Origin: Rhizodiscina lignyota
Taxonomy: Eukaryota
DNA length: 64,000 bases
Reading direction: 5' to 3'
Assembly: GCA_010015805.1 (NCBI GenBank)
Contig: ML978121.1
Coordinates: 2,418,001 to 2,482,000, forward strand
Position 1 is the first letter of the stretch; each line of letters starts with the position of its first letter. A program made the position numbers and the translations under genes. The notes below the pieces were generated by a model. It was not told the origin of the DNA and did not search any database. It worked only from the letters and a program-made list of their open reading frames with translations. This document shows, piece after piece, positions 51,594 to 64,000 of this stretch.

Positions 51594-51720
51594 GAGTAGG
51601 TTCTATCCCCGCGGGATTCGAACCTACTCCCCATACCTAACAGCCCTAACTATATCCGGTATAGCTAGAGGTGTTCAGGAGGAAGAATGCTCCAGGGCGT
51701 GACCGCCGAGCTATTCCACC
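51594..51720 (-). ncRNA. tRNA-like / Pol III-type structured element (pseudo-tRNA, SINE head or novel ncRNA)
   Basis: Minus strand reads GGTGGAA-TA-GCTC...GAGC (D-arm and A-box), a long hairpin, GGTTCGAATCC (B-box) and a T-tract. The acceptor stem cannot close. Confidence 0.55.
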
Positions 51721-52925
51721 TTTCCGATCCGTTAGCTACAAATTAAAATTTTGTATAAATATGCATAGTTGCTATCAATCAGTTTAATCGGCCGCCGCTT
51801 GGTCCTTGGATCGCTCTCAGTTTTGCATTGCCAACGTGATATTCTACTCCGAAAGGCCAAAATAATAATAATAATAAATAGGATTTTAAAAATGAAAGAG
51901 AAAATCCTTACCGCCGTAGTAAAAGTAAAAGTCAATAGGTTTCGGTTCGATTCTCACGGCCAGACTGATCGGTCATGCATCTTCGCCTTTCCTGGTCTGC
52001 TGTTGTAATTTTCTTTGGCCTCTAGCACTCTCTACAGTTCGTGCAGTCTATTGAAATTATATACGACTTTATTCCGCGATAGATCGTTTTGTTTGTGGAG
52101 GGCCTTGTACGCGTGCGGCGTGGCACAACGCATTTCTAACGTTGGTTTGGGCATCCTGATTGTTTGGAGCCGTTTCCTTGTCCTCACATTTGTTCGCTCG
52201 GCAACAGGCAAGAAACTGTCCAAAGGCTCAAATGGCGCGCCACCGGGGCACATCGTTCTCAAAACGGACGCATGCCGAAGGACAGCCCGGGACCTCTATC
52301 GAAACGCTCTACCATCTACGGCCAAGAGGCCAATGTGACGACTAAAGGAGTCTCATTAGTATCATCTCCAAGCTCTTTCAAGTGACACTTTGAAGAGAAG
52401 TTCTGTTGTGAGGGACAAAGGAGATGGTCGAGCTGAAGATCGTGGTCATGATTTGCCTCCGATTCTGCACACCACGTATGAATTGAGCGAGATTGTACAG
52501 ATCAGAAGAGAAATATATTAAGAATCACTCGTAAAGCCATTTTAATGCTTATATAACTGCTGTTGGTGCACTGATGGGTTATTAAGATGGGCCATATTCA
52601 GCTTGACATGAGACGAAGTCGTCTCGTCTCGGACTTTACCGACCGTTGCGAAAAGTGGAGACAAGTCTCACCCAATCATCCAAAGACCAGTTCTTGAGAT
52701 TTGGAAAATGCTGCCCTGGTTGAATCGAAGATTCTGTATAGATACTTTTAATTCTCCGTTGGTGTATCACAGTCTCATGAGCAATGCTTCGTCTCTCAGT
52801 GTCTTCTTCCCCTTTACGCCGCGCTATGCATGTCCCGAGCCCCATCCTTCAATCCGAAATCAAATGTTCTCGAAATCATGCCTTGACAATAATGCCAAGC
52901 AAATGCCAGTTTTATACAAAGACTT

Positions 52926-55501
52926 CTATGATCCCATTGCATCTCTGATCTCCTTGACGACGTTCTTGATCCTTGGCTCCTTACCAGTGGCCTCCGCCTT
53001 ACCAAGTGCCTTCTCAACCTCAAATACCTCTCTCGCAGCGCTCCTGAAATCTTCGCCGAGGCTCAAGAGCGTACCCACGCCGACTAGCACGCGATACAGC
53101 CCCTCTGAATCCCCCACGCTAGCCGCCATTCTGATCAACTCATCAAGTAGAGTCAGCGCACGGTCCGCATCATGGTTCGGCGCCGACTTGGTCAACAGCA
53201 CCGCGTAGTTGATATACAACGTGCTAATTGCAACGACCAAGTTGCGGTTCGCTGCACTGCCGGCTCCAATAGCAGCATCGACATGCGGCTTGATGAGATC
53301 ATGAATCTTATCGAACTCGCCGTCCGCAATGAGACGGCCCTCCTCGGTGGTGAAGAGGTTTGCGAGTGCACGGATCGAGAGCATGGTATTATTGACTGGA
53401 GAGTCCGTTCTGAAGACGCCAGAAAGTGCGAGAAGATCGACGAGAGTCTTGTCCCCATCGCTCGTTCGAGTCGCAGTCGCAGGTGAAGCTGCGGTGAGGA
53501 GACGGAGCAGATCGAGACCAGGGAGACGTTTATCTTGCGGCCACTGCGTCGCGAGCTTGACAGCGAGATCGATACCTTCGTTGAGTGCCGGTGAGTTGCC
53601 AACGCTAGCACTCGAGCTCGAAGCTATAGGCTCTAGCTGCTTCGCTAATGCTCCTAGAACAGCAATCTCGGGGCTGCTAAGAGTCAGGTCTCCTGAGCCA
53701 GAGTCGAGCAGTTGTTTGTTCAATTCCTGCACCTTTTTATTTATGGTAGCAAGATTGGCAGAGGTAATAGTGAGGTATTGCGTTTGCGGGAGCATCTTTG
53801 GCCTGGATGCTGGAGCTGGTTGCTGAGGCGCTGCTGCCCCTGCATCACCTGGCCGATATCGTGACTCCGTTCCCCATGGATCTGAACCTGGGGTCTGCGT
53901 TTGTCCAGCTTGACCAATCGTTGCACCTTGGGTGTTGGTGACGATGAAATTCGCGACCTGGTCGAGATAGGATATTGGAAGCTCATTGTCCTCGATGAAT
54001 TTGCGCGCAGTTTCGTATGGATTCGATGAAAGGTTGTAAGGTAACTTCAACGGCGGCTTTCCATCCTCAATGTCCACGTCAAAGACGTAGTCGTAGTCTT
54101 TTCCTTGGTAAGTAATCTTCCGTCCACTACTACCAGCTGCATCGACGACGGTTCCCACATTGATCCATTGATTTGCGGCAGTTGACCACTGATGAGCGGA
54201 AACATTGCCATTTGCTTCTCGGATCATCTGCACCTGGCCTTCTTTCGTGCCCGATCGTTGCTGGAGGAACTCCGGACCCGGCAGGTTTTCCTTGTTGATG
54301 TCACCTACTGACTGTTGAGGGATCGAGGAGGCTTTCACCGACTCCTCGAACGCCCCTATCGCTGCCGCATCGGCTTGCCTCTCAGGAGATCTACTGAAGA
54401 CACGCACGATCTTGTCACTAGCTCCAGTGACGATGTCTCCATTCTCTTTGCATGCTGCGACTGACCACACGGAGATTGCAGGATGAGTGATCGTCTGAAC
54501 GCAGTCTGTGCCTTTCCATATCCGGACCGTTCGATCTTCAGAGGAGCTGGCGATCTCACCACTTGGTAGTGCAGCTAAACTGTAGATGAAGTTTTCGTGC
54601 CCGTAGAGTTGCGCCACTGGATGTCCATCGAGCGTCCAGAGACGGACTACGGAGTCGTTTCCGGCCGATGCGAATGCTGCTCCGGATGGGTGGTTCGGTG
54701 GAAGGCGACACAACGCCCGTACGACATCGTCACTCCCTTTTATTTGCCGTATTAACTTTCCAGATATATGGAACACACGTATTATCTTGTCGGCGCAGCC
54801 TATACAAGTTAGCTCGAGCTCTTTTACGCGTTACACATGACGCCACAGCTTGCAGAAAATGCTAGCGTGGTACATACCTGTAATTACTGTCTCTTTGTCA
54901 AACGCAAGGACAGCCCAAACGCTACCTTCGTGTCCCCTCAGTACGGCTGCAGTGTCCCATTTGCCAACCACCCAAACTCGAGCTTCAGAGTCCCACGAGC
55001 CTGACACGATGAAGCTGCCATCCTCACTGACGTCCAGCGCGCATACGTTGCCGGCGTGCCCCAATAGTAGAGCGTCTGCGTTATCCTGCGGCGTCTTGCC
55101 AGGCTGCCGTACTTCTATAATTGCATCTCGATCGCCAGACACTATTAGGCCTTCACTGTGGCCGGAGGAGGGTGGGAGGTAGGTTAGGGCGTTGACGAAC
55201 GCGTTGCCATGGGATGTGAGTGTGTCATCATATGTCGGCGGGTTTTGTTTGACTAGCTTCCATAATCGTACAGTAGCATCTCGCGAGGCAGACAGAATCG
55301 CCGATGGATTGGGGAAGACTACGCCGCGAACCTATGAGCGAATGGTAAACGATATCAGCCGCCGAAGAGGAAGGAAAGCCACATGGAGCTCAGAGACATG
55401 CAGCTGTCACTGACAGCCTAAAGCAAGGCAGATGCAATACGAGAGTTACTCACATCGTCTTCGTGGCCTGCCAACGAGGCCGACAGCCTGTAGTCACCCA
55501 T
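52926..55501 (-). CDS. DOA1: Ubiquitin homeostasis protein Doa1/Ufd3/Lub1 (WD40-PFU-PUL)
   Basis: MGDYRLSASLAGHEDD|VRGV, WD40 repeats, PFU motif YDYVFDVDIEDGKPPLKLPYN and PUL motif RLPGLDLLRL; introns about 55453-55332 and 54877-54801. Confidence 0.95.
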
Positions 55502-57451
55502 GACGCAGTGAGAGGAAGCTCTGTAGGTCCGTTTTCGGTCCCAGGTGGTGTGGATTAGGTGCGGGCAGGGACCCGGTCAGGAGCGTTGGGGGCGGGCGGT
55601 AGCGATGCGGGTGGTGGATAGGCTGAGTATGTGAAGAAGAGGCATGCAAAACCCACGGCAGGCATGCATCGGCGTGTTTTGAATGCGGGTGAAGGCTGAA
55701 GTGAAAAAAATCGGCATCAAACTCGATTTTTTCCCGATCTTTGACCACGTGATGTCAAAAGCATCGTTCCCCGGATATAATCATTCCCTTTCACGATCGC
55801 AAGCCACCAATTGGAACAGGCAGGTGGTGTTGAAGCTGGCCTTGCAAGACATACATCTCCTCATTTCGTTGATTTGGCCCAGTCACCTAGGGAGATCTCA
55901 AGAGACATATGTCTGTGCTAGGCATCATGTGGCTAACAAGGCATCTACAGTTACTCAAATCCTGTGACAGCATAACGCCCGAGGTTGTTTGTTCGCTTGC
56001 AGCTTCGCGTAGAAAAACAACGTGCAGACATTGCAGCGCATGGCCATGACGCCGCTCCAGCAACGTCCTATACCGGCGCCATCCGGGCTATGTCAAACTA
56101 ACTGACTCGAATGACTCGCCGCGGCATCCAGATCACGAGCGCCTGAGGAAGAAGAAAACGAGGTTGGTAGTTTGGTTCACCATTCCGCGAGCGCTCACGT
56201 AACCATGGCTTGCTTCGGCGGCTCTTACACACCGTTCGATGACTGTGCCACGCAGTCTAGTACGTTCGGAGTCTAACAAAGGCGTTTTCACAGTTGGTTG
56301 CCAGACAGCGACTGGCCTGTCTACGAGATGCTATTGTTGTCACAGAAACTATCGACAGTCAGCTCGATTAATTGTTGTAATACTGAGGCGTCTTTTCCTG
56401 GAAAACGATCAAGTTCCAAACTTCCAGATCTCAGATTCCAATTCAGAGTTTGATTCTGTGGAACGGTGAACTGCGACAGTCATCAAACTGTTCAGCTCAA
56501 TTGGCATTCTGGACAAGCGAGAGAGATACAATTTTTTCACCAGCGGTTTGAAGTGATTGGTGGTCTCGATAGCCAGAGCCAGCCACAGTTGTACGCAACC
56601 ACGGCACAGCTAGGCACATAACCACCATACGTACACCCTTCTGTTAGCCCAAGCTCCAGCACGCCAAGAGAGCGAAAGGTTACGATTGTACTCGACGGTG
56701 CGAATGCTTAGGTATCACAAGTACCGCTGTATCAAACCGAACGTTCGCTCCACTGACCACGCGTCTTCCCGCGTAACTCGTGCTTTCCGCACTGCTTCGC
56801 AAGCACCGCAGGCACCGCAAGCGGCAGAAGTGCGAAGAGATCGAAAAAGCACCGAGAGCGAAGCTTCTGACACAAGCACGCATTCGCGAATCTCAAGTGG
56901 CGAATGATGCCACAGGCTGAGTAGTACTACCCTTTCCGGTACCGCGCTGGAAGGCGTGGGAGTATGACAGCTGCACCCTGGTGCTTGTGACCTTGACCTC
57001 TGCGCTCAAACTTTGACAGGCATGCGCCAGCAGCTCCCCATTCGTGCTGCCCTGGGCCGATGTAATGCGACTGGGATGTCCATTCAGCCATTAAAATCGG
57101 TGCGCGCTACTCCGCTGAGCAACGGAGACAAAGGAACAGCTTGAATAAAGGTCTCCCGTCATCCATGCCCAACTGGAGTGTGATCCTCTAATCTAGACCT
57201 CAAACTGCACACTATCGGCGCTTGCAATCGCCGGCCGTGGCCTCGAACCATCATTGCACCAACCCATTCATATATCTTCCGCCTCCCCTCTACCTGCCAC
57301 TGCTATTATTTGAGCTAAGCAGGTCTTTATACTCTTTTATTATCCTTAGCGCGCCTCGAAGGTCTCTTTTCTCTCCATTCTCCAAGCCTACCTTTTTGAT
57401 ACTGCCTTTCCATTTCTCAAGGACCGAAGCAACACACGACCAGATTTCAAG

Positions 57452-59155
57452 ATGGCATTGAATACCACGACTGCCCCAAATGTCGAGCTCATGTCTGCTC
57501 TTTCGACGTTAGTGTCCAAATATCTTATGAATGACCGAACCATTTGCTGACTGGTTTTGCACAGGTTGCTTGAGGCAGGGAAATACTCAGACCTGACTAT
57601 CAAATGCGGCGCGCGTAAATTTGCGGTTCACAGAGCTCTCATCTGCTCACGATCCGGATTCTTCGACGGAGCTTGCAGCAACGCGTTCAGAGAAGCCCAG
57701 TCTGGAATAATTGACTTGAGCGAGGACGACGAGGAAGCCGTGGAGCACATGGTCAATTATTTCTACCATCTGGACTATCTATCACCACCAAAGTCGAAGA
57801 GGCGCTCGCGCGGATATTCTACTGCCACGAACCCGATGTCACCAACATCGCCAACCGAGTTCCGACCATACGATGCTGTATTTCCTCGCAAGAAGCTCAA
57901 CCTGGCATTCGTAGAAGATCCTCTCCTCGCAACAGCGGCAGCAAATATCCTCACTCCCACTCAGCCAACTGCTGATCCATTTCCTGACGCCTCTCAAACG
58001 ACTCCAGCAGCCTCTGTTCCATCGTCTGCATTTCACTCACGCAACATCTCCTTGGCGTCGACCATATCGACCGCATCGAGTATGTCGAGGCCACTTACGC
58101 CTCCAAACGACGGAAGCCCACTCGATCTCCGCCTGAAAATTCCTCCTTCGGTAGACTCGGCAGTAGGCGATCTTGAAGCGGATCGACTCGAAGAAACCAT
58201 CGACGAGGTGGAACCAGACACGCAGCACCCATACCTGGTGACACACTGCAAGGTCTACGCAATCGCAGAGAAGTGAGTACCCACGTTTCACATATCATTA
58301 TCGCCCTGCACTTCCCCACGCCGCATCAATTTCTTCTGTTCTTCGTTATCTCCAACACGTGCTGTGTTCCATTCCAAATTCCCCTCTATCCACATTCCTG
58401 TTTCACAACACAACTCCACAAAATTCCGCAGTGGGCGGCGCCAAACGCACGCAAGGCTGCTTGCAGATGCAACAGTGCCGAAAGGTGTCACTACAGCGCC
58501 AGGGAAGCGTCTCCCTGCGCAGTGCATGAACTCATGCTGGGACATGCCTGCGACGCCTTTGCGGCGGCAAATCCGCGATTCCAGAGCCCTGGTCTTTTCG
58601 CACCCCGCCTCTCGTCGCGTGTTTGAGAGTGGCACGTCGGGACTTGCAGGGATCAGAGCACCGAGCCCTCAGCTGGCCCCGGCAGGAATAAGCGCGCCAA
58701 TCAGCGCGCTGCTCCCGCCAACTGCCACTGTTGTTCGAGAGGTCTCACCTCAGCCTGGGCAAAACAGTTTCCTCAGCTCTAAGAGATGCAGTCCTGAATA
58801 CTCGTCCAGTCATCGCTGTTTATTTTCGCCTCGCTAAAATGAGCATTGTTGTCGAGAGCTTACGCTAACCACTTACCTCTTCAGGTATGGCATCGCTGGC
58901 CTCAAGTCGCTTGCTCGCGCCAAGTTCGGCTCGCAAATGGCTGTTCACTTCAACTCGCACGAGTTCGCAGACGCCATTCAGGACGTATACGATACCACTG
59001 TCGATGGAGATCGTGGCCTTAGGGATGTCGTGATCCAGACATTCCGCGAGCATCCTGAGCTTGCACATCGCAAGGACGTCGAGTACGCTGTGAAGGATAC
59101 CCCAGGCCTCGCATGGGAGCTGTTCCGCGTTGGCTGGGGCCTCCCCATCGTTTGA
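57452..59155 (+). CDS. BTB/POZ-domain protein, 3 exons, with a 612-nt second intron
   Basis: YSDLTIKCG...VHRALICSRSGFF...FREAQSGIIDL...YFYHLDY and KVYAIAEK|YGIAGLKSLA...DRGLRDVV. Introns about 57509-57565 and 58273-58884. Confidence 0.9.
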
Positions 59156-62100
59156 TCTGCATCTAGAATCAGGAACAAGAACGAAATTGAGATGTTGATG
59201 GTACCAGCACGTGCCAGCCCTGAATGGGCTTACGTGTGCCAATGATCGCTCGGAGATATACAGCTCGATCAGTTCGACGAATGAAGCGAAGAAACATGGC
59301 TTCAATTTTATTAAGATGATGGAACGAACGTGCGGACCTTCTAGCCCAACACGCGGGCCTCACAACATCGCGAAGATGCCACGATATCAGCAATTTGATT
59401 TCCTTATGTCGCTATGGGATATGCGATGACACGGACACGAACTCGATTCGCACACGGAACACATTCTCTCTCGCTTTTTCGACCAAAAGTCTCATCAAAA
59501 GATTCTCACCATCGCTTGCACCGCTGGGCATTTACAGTCTGGATTGGGGTGTAAGATTAGACTCGGGCATGGCACGGCGTTTCTGAATTTTACGATCCGT
59601 ATGGATAGCATACTGTCGCTACCTTTTGCCTGGAGCAACAAGATTTCACTTGCTGGGCTGGGCTAAGCTTATGGCGGCGTCTGCAAAAGGGCAAATGGCG
59701 ATATTTATTTCTGCATATCTTTTGACTTAGGAGATGTTGGAGTTCAGACAGATACCTATGTACCTTGAGCATGGCTCGGTGCTCTTTTCTCCTTATTTTA
59801 GAACAAGAACACATTATTTGGTACTCTACTCCAAAGTTCTTACTTTCTGCACTCGTGTCTGACAACATAGTGTCTCTCTGAGCTGTTCGACTGGTTTGTT
59901 TAGCTCAAACTTATCTACAGCATGATCATGTAAGCTCATCGAGTCCGCGGACTGTCCCACAGTCCGTATTAGCGGATACAGCAGGCGAGAAGCTGGGAAC
60001 TACCCTCAACGGCCCGCATCCGCATCCGCCGGTACCTGCTTTTTCTCTTACACATCGTTCCCTTGTCTTGATCGCTTGATGGGTTTGATACAGAATGACG
60101 ATATATTATGGGCTCGCCAAGGCCAGGATTACTCCGCCCACCGTCGCCATGAGACTGTCTCTCGTCTAGAAAAAAGCAATAGAGCGATTGACGTAAGTTT
60201 CTAATGCAGGAGAGACAGCTTTAGGCCCGTTGCTTCCGGAGTGATGAGGTTCCTAATGACGTATAGTGCGAGTGAGCACGATTCGTGCCCCACGTCGTGA
60301 TGAATCCTTCTGCAAAGGCCATGTCGCCGAATCACAGCCTTTCCCCTCGTCTGTCTTTTGAAGTCGGCATTTCACAGCTCCGTCTGGAGATCGTTTCTCG
60401 CCACGCCTCTCTGGGACCCAGGCGCGCGTCTAAGTGGTTCCTCCTTCCTGGCGCATGAAATCTTTAAATCGCGACAATCAAAACACCCCGGGCCGCAGAT
60501 CATTAGCACAATCAAACGCTTAAACCAACCACAGTTCGCCACTTCCTTGGAGGCGACGAGAATGCTTCCTGGCCACGGCCCTGATGATCATTTCGTTCTG
60601 GCAAGCTGATCGCTGCTTTAGCTGAAGCTGTTTCCAACATGCTTTCGGGAGATGAACAGGTTTTCCCAACTGTCCCTTTCCGTTGATCGTTGAAATGGAC
60701 GACGTCTAGGCGCTGATCGCTTACCTCCAGTAGACCCTCAGGGTCCAATCGTCCCGCCAGGTCCACTGTGGGTCTGGGCTGCGATACTTATCGATACGCC
60801 CGACTCGGCGGGTTTGAAAAGTGGAGGAGGCGAGTTTCACGATTCTAGCGGAGGCGCCGTTAGATACTCGAAATCCACGGGACCGGTTCTCCTCTCCTGA
60901 CAGCCGCATCTTGGGACCTACATTTATGGTGTGGCGGCCACGTCGTCGAGCCTGTTCTCCCGCCGACTAGCTCAGCTAAAGCTCAGCTCAAGCGCCTTGG
61001 GAGCTCGGGCGTTGAGATCTGGACTTGAAGCCACTCGCTTCGGTTGACACCTGTCAAGCGAGGTGCAGCGTATCGTGGGGTAGGACAGCCTTTTGTTCGA
61101 AATTGCGAATTGTGACAGCGCGCTAAGTTCTGGAGAGTCTGGAGATGCAGGGCGAGCATGAGGAGGCGAGCTGCAGAGCTCTGGATCCCGCGTGGCTTGC
61201 TACAGCGGAATCGTTGCTAGATATACCTCACTACATCTAGATATTTCATCCCATGAGGCTCTTTCTTGTCCACTTGGCTATGTCTCCTAGTTCTCTCCTC
61301 CGGGGCGCTCGAGAAGTTCTATTCGTCCTGTTGGGTTTCCTCAACGGCCCTCATTATTGTGGCTGGTCCAGATCTTTTTGGATTTCGCAGAACGATAACC
61401 GGTGAGCCTGTATGCGTACATCTGGCCGGTATGCGGCCAATTGCATCTATGAAACGAAGAAGACGCGTCCTCAAACGACTGTGTCTTGTCGAAAGGCTTA
61501 CTTGCTTCGTTCGTACCAATATCCTTTTCAGACTCGAGCTCTTTGGTGTTTCTGGGCATCAGACTTCGACTTTTCTTCACATCGGTTTCTTCAATCTTAC
61601 CCCATGAATCTGGCTGAGGCTGGAATTCATTGTCCTGCTGTCATCAACGACGATTTTCCCGTCATGATCCCAATGTATTCAATAACATGAAAGAGAAAGT
61701 CATAATATTATAAACTGATCAAATTCTATAAATTTACCTCAGAGCTCCGTTTCCTTGTGATCACTCGCTCACAGGACGAGAGCAAGTCCAGACAGATCTC
61801 TCCGTTTATTGATTTTCTTTCTCAGATTGCTCCACAACATCTAAAAATCCTCAAGACATGCTATTTAGCATCGAGACTCGGACAGAGTGGAGGAACCCAT
61901 CGCAGTCGGGTGGAGGTGGCGGACCTTCGTGCACTTATTAGCGTGCTGGATGGTCGAAGCATATCTCTTGAGGAAGACGAGGATGTCATCATCTCTTCTT
62001 CTCATTGTCCATCATCACCGTTATTAGGTGACCAAGGCCGATCAATAGTCGGCTTGAATTTTGCCGAAGTTGTGATTCAGAAGGTGGTTTGCATCTAGAC

Positions 62101-62861
62101 GCTCTTTCTTTGTCCAGACGCTCTTCTTTGTCCATAATGCTCATACATACGACATTGAGAGACCGAGATGAGGCTGAGTATGTCTGATAAATACGGCCGT
62201 GGAGCCGAATCATCGCGCAACCCTTCCGAGAAGTCAATCGTCTTGCTTACGTTCGTCTCCTGTTGCTTTATTACTCCCCATTAGGTGTTCCTCGAGTTCT
62301 CGGTCTTGCCGTAACTACTAAACACTCAGATGCAGCTGGAATGTAACGGCAAAGTCTATTGAGGGATTCACACATCGAAGCGGGATGGTCATTCAATGGA
62401 ACCGCTTGCAGCATGGGGACTTCTCTTCGTCTGCCAATGGAAATCAAATTCCCTTATGATCCAATGACCTTCTTAAATCTCTATCTCTGATCTTGTCATG
62501 GGAAGCAGATTCTCGAAACTATCGAGCCGAGTGTATCCAAACGCCAATGCGAAGTCATTAACCTGCGACATTTGCCCCTCAATTTCTCCATTGCGCTTCT
62601 GCGAGACTCGATTCTAAGATGCGCTGACGAGCATCGCAGAGAGCAGTATCCCCTGGTCGAATTCACCACATTCAGTGTATTGGTTCGTGAGCGCGCGGAT
62701 GGGGTGTGGAGGGTGGTTTCCGCGTTAGCGTTTTGAAGAAAAGGCTCGTCGCCGAGGAGAGTATTCTTCCCCGGTTCTACAGTGTCGACTTTCAGCCACG
62801 ATCCCAGCGATCCTATCGACATTCTCTACCTTGGGTAATGAGGAAGACAAGCCTTGCATCC

Positions 62862-64000
62862 TTACTCCCTCAGCAAGACCTGCGCCCTGATCAGTGTCTG
62901 CAACATGGTCCCTCTCTTCGCAATCTCTCTGTACTCAATGATCGGTGTAATCTGCAACGACACCAGTCTGCCCCTGAATGCCGACTCGGGCTGCCCTGGG
63001 TGCAGATTGCGCGCCACCATCTGGTCCTGGTAGAACAACAGATCCTTATATTTGGGATTGTCCATTTCCGGATCCATGTACGGCTTCCAAATGAATAGCC
63101 AAATCCGTGCGAGACTGTTGATGCGGCAGAAGAGGTCGATCATTCTAAGGACGAGAGGTCGAAGTTGGATGAACGCGTCTCTCTGCAGATCTTGGGGAAT
63201 GGCAGGGCGGAGGAGGGCCTCGAGTCCCATCGGTCCGTTCAGAATTCGACTCGAGAATGCGTTCCTGAACTTTTCAAAGTCATTGTGCATTTGGATCTTC
63301 TTGAAGATGTAGGCGCGCGAAGACTCTCGCGCAGCAATGTCCTTGTCTCTGTTCCTGTTCCTGTTGACGGCTTTTCCCTGATTTAGCACTTCCTCCCAAT
63401 CGCGCAGAGTGTATATCAGTTCCGAAATGTCTTTTGCGTTTTTATACCATTCATCCAGAACATGCTCCTCGGTGAGATCGTCGAAGATCTCATGTATAAT
63501 GAGCGCGACGATGATGAAGGGCTTCATCGCCGCATTTTGAAGGAGCACGACAGCGAATCCAGGTCGAGTGTACTGCTCGCAGGCGTTGTAGAGCGACATC
63601 ATTGCCGGCTGCTGCTGGTCATTCAAGATGGCCAGCAATGGAAACCTCTTCGCCCAGTTCTCGATGAGGCTGTAGAGTTGGTTAAGGTTATTGATCAGCT
63701 CTCGATTTGTCGGTGCGTCGAATCCGGGCAGTGTTGACTTATACGACGGCCTTTGCATGGGAGGGCCATCAGACTGATGCGGTTGCTGGGATTTTGGACG
63801 CGGCGGTGGCTGGGTCTGCTGTTGCAGAATCTGAGGATCAGACACTGAAATAGGCACTTGGTGGGGTGGAGGGTGCACTGTGGGTTGCCTCGCTACCTTC
63901 AGTTGTGCCTCCAACTCTCTGGTTCTGTTATTCGCGCCTCGTAACTCCTGCTGTAGCTCTTGGTAATCATGTCGGTACTCATCGACTTCTTTCAGAAGCT
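62862..64000 (-). CDS. Hypothetical protein, 5'-truncated by the window edge
   Basis: More than 350 codons open to the window end: coiled-coil-like segment, Q/P-rich linker and a globular C-terminal domain (LQITPIIEYRE). No family recognised. Confidence 0.7.
   Translation of the reverse strand, partial: LLKEVDEYRHDYQELQQELRGANNRTRELEAQLKVARQPTVHPPPHQVPISVSDPQILQQQTQPPPRPKSQQPHQSDGPPMQRPSYKSTLPGFDAPTNRELINNLNQLYSLIENWAKRFPLLAILNDQQQPAMMSLYNACEQYTRPGFAVVLLQNAAMKPFIIVALIIHEIFDDLTEEHVLDEWYKNAKDISELIYTLRDWEEVLNQGKAVNRNRNRDKDIAARESSRAYIFKKIQMHNDFEKFRNAFSSRILNGPMGLEALLRPAIPQDLQRDAFIQLRPLVLRMIDLFCRINSLARIWLFIWKPYMDPEMDNPKYKDLLFYQDQMVARNLHPGQPESAFRGRLVSLQITPIIEYREIAKRGTMLQTLIRAQVLLRE

Noticed and set aside
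51634..51652. CCTAACAGCCCTAAC resembling a telomere repeat or telomerase template
   Set aside because: Only one CCCTAA unit, no TAACCCTAA template, and it is explained as part of the hairpin.
58364..58837. 157-aa ORF inside the long BTB intron
   Set aside because: Non-ATG start and low-information translation; expected by chance in GC-rich sequence.

Overview
Eukaryotic DNA from a filamentous ascomycete (Pezizomycotina): short GT-AG introns with CTRAC branch points, and fungal orthologues of ACC1, NudE, ANT1, WBP1, DOA1, SHB17 and the complex I 9.5-kDa subunit. About 26 intact or likely protein-coding genes can be modelled by hand, several of them only after splicing. Housekeeping blocks (6-22 kb and 45-59 kb) flank an accessory redox/detoxification stretch (23-45 kb). 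That stretch holds a velvet-like protein, a tandem ABM protein, a bacterial-like GNAT, a TetX-like monooxygenase, an AIF-like reductase, a peroxiredoxin, a broken Zn2Cys6 factor, a broken P450, a LaeA-like methyltransferase and a small Gly-rich secreted peptide. The most unusual signals are non-coding: a tRNA-like but non-canonical Pol III-type structured element (51594-51720, minus strand), and long, strongly base-paired introns in both BTB-domain genes flanking DOA1. All calls come from reading the sequence and recalling family motifs; no searches were run.
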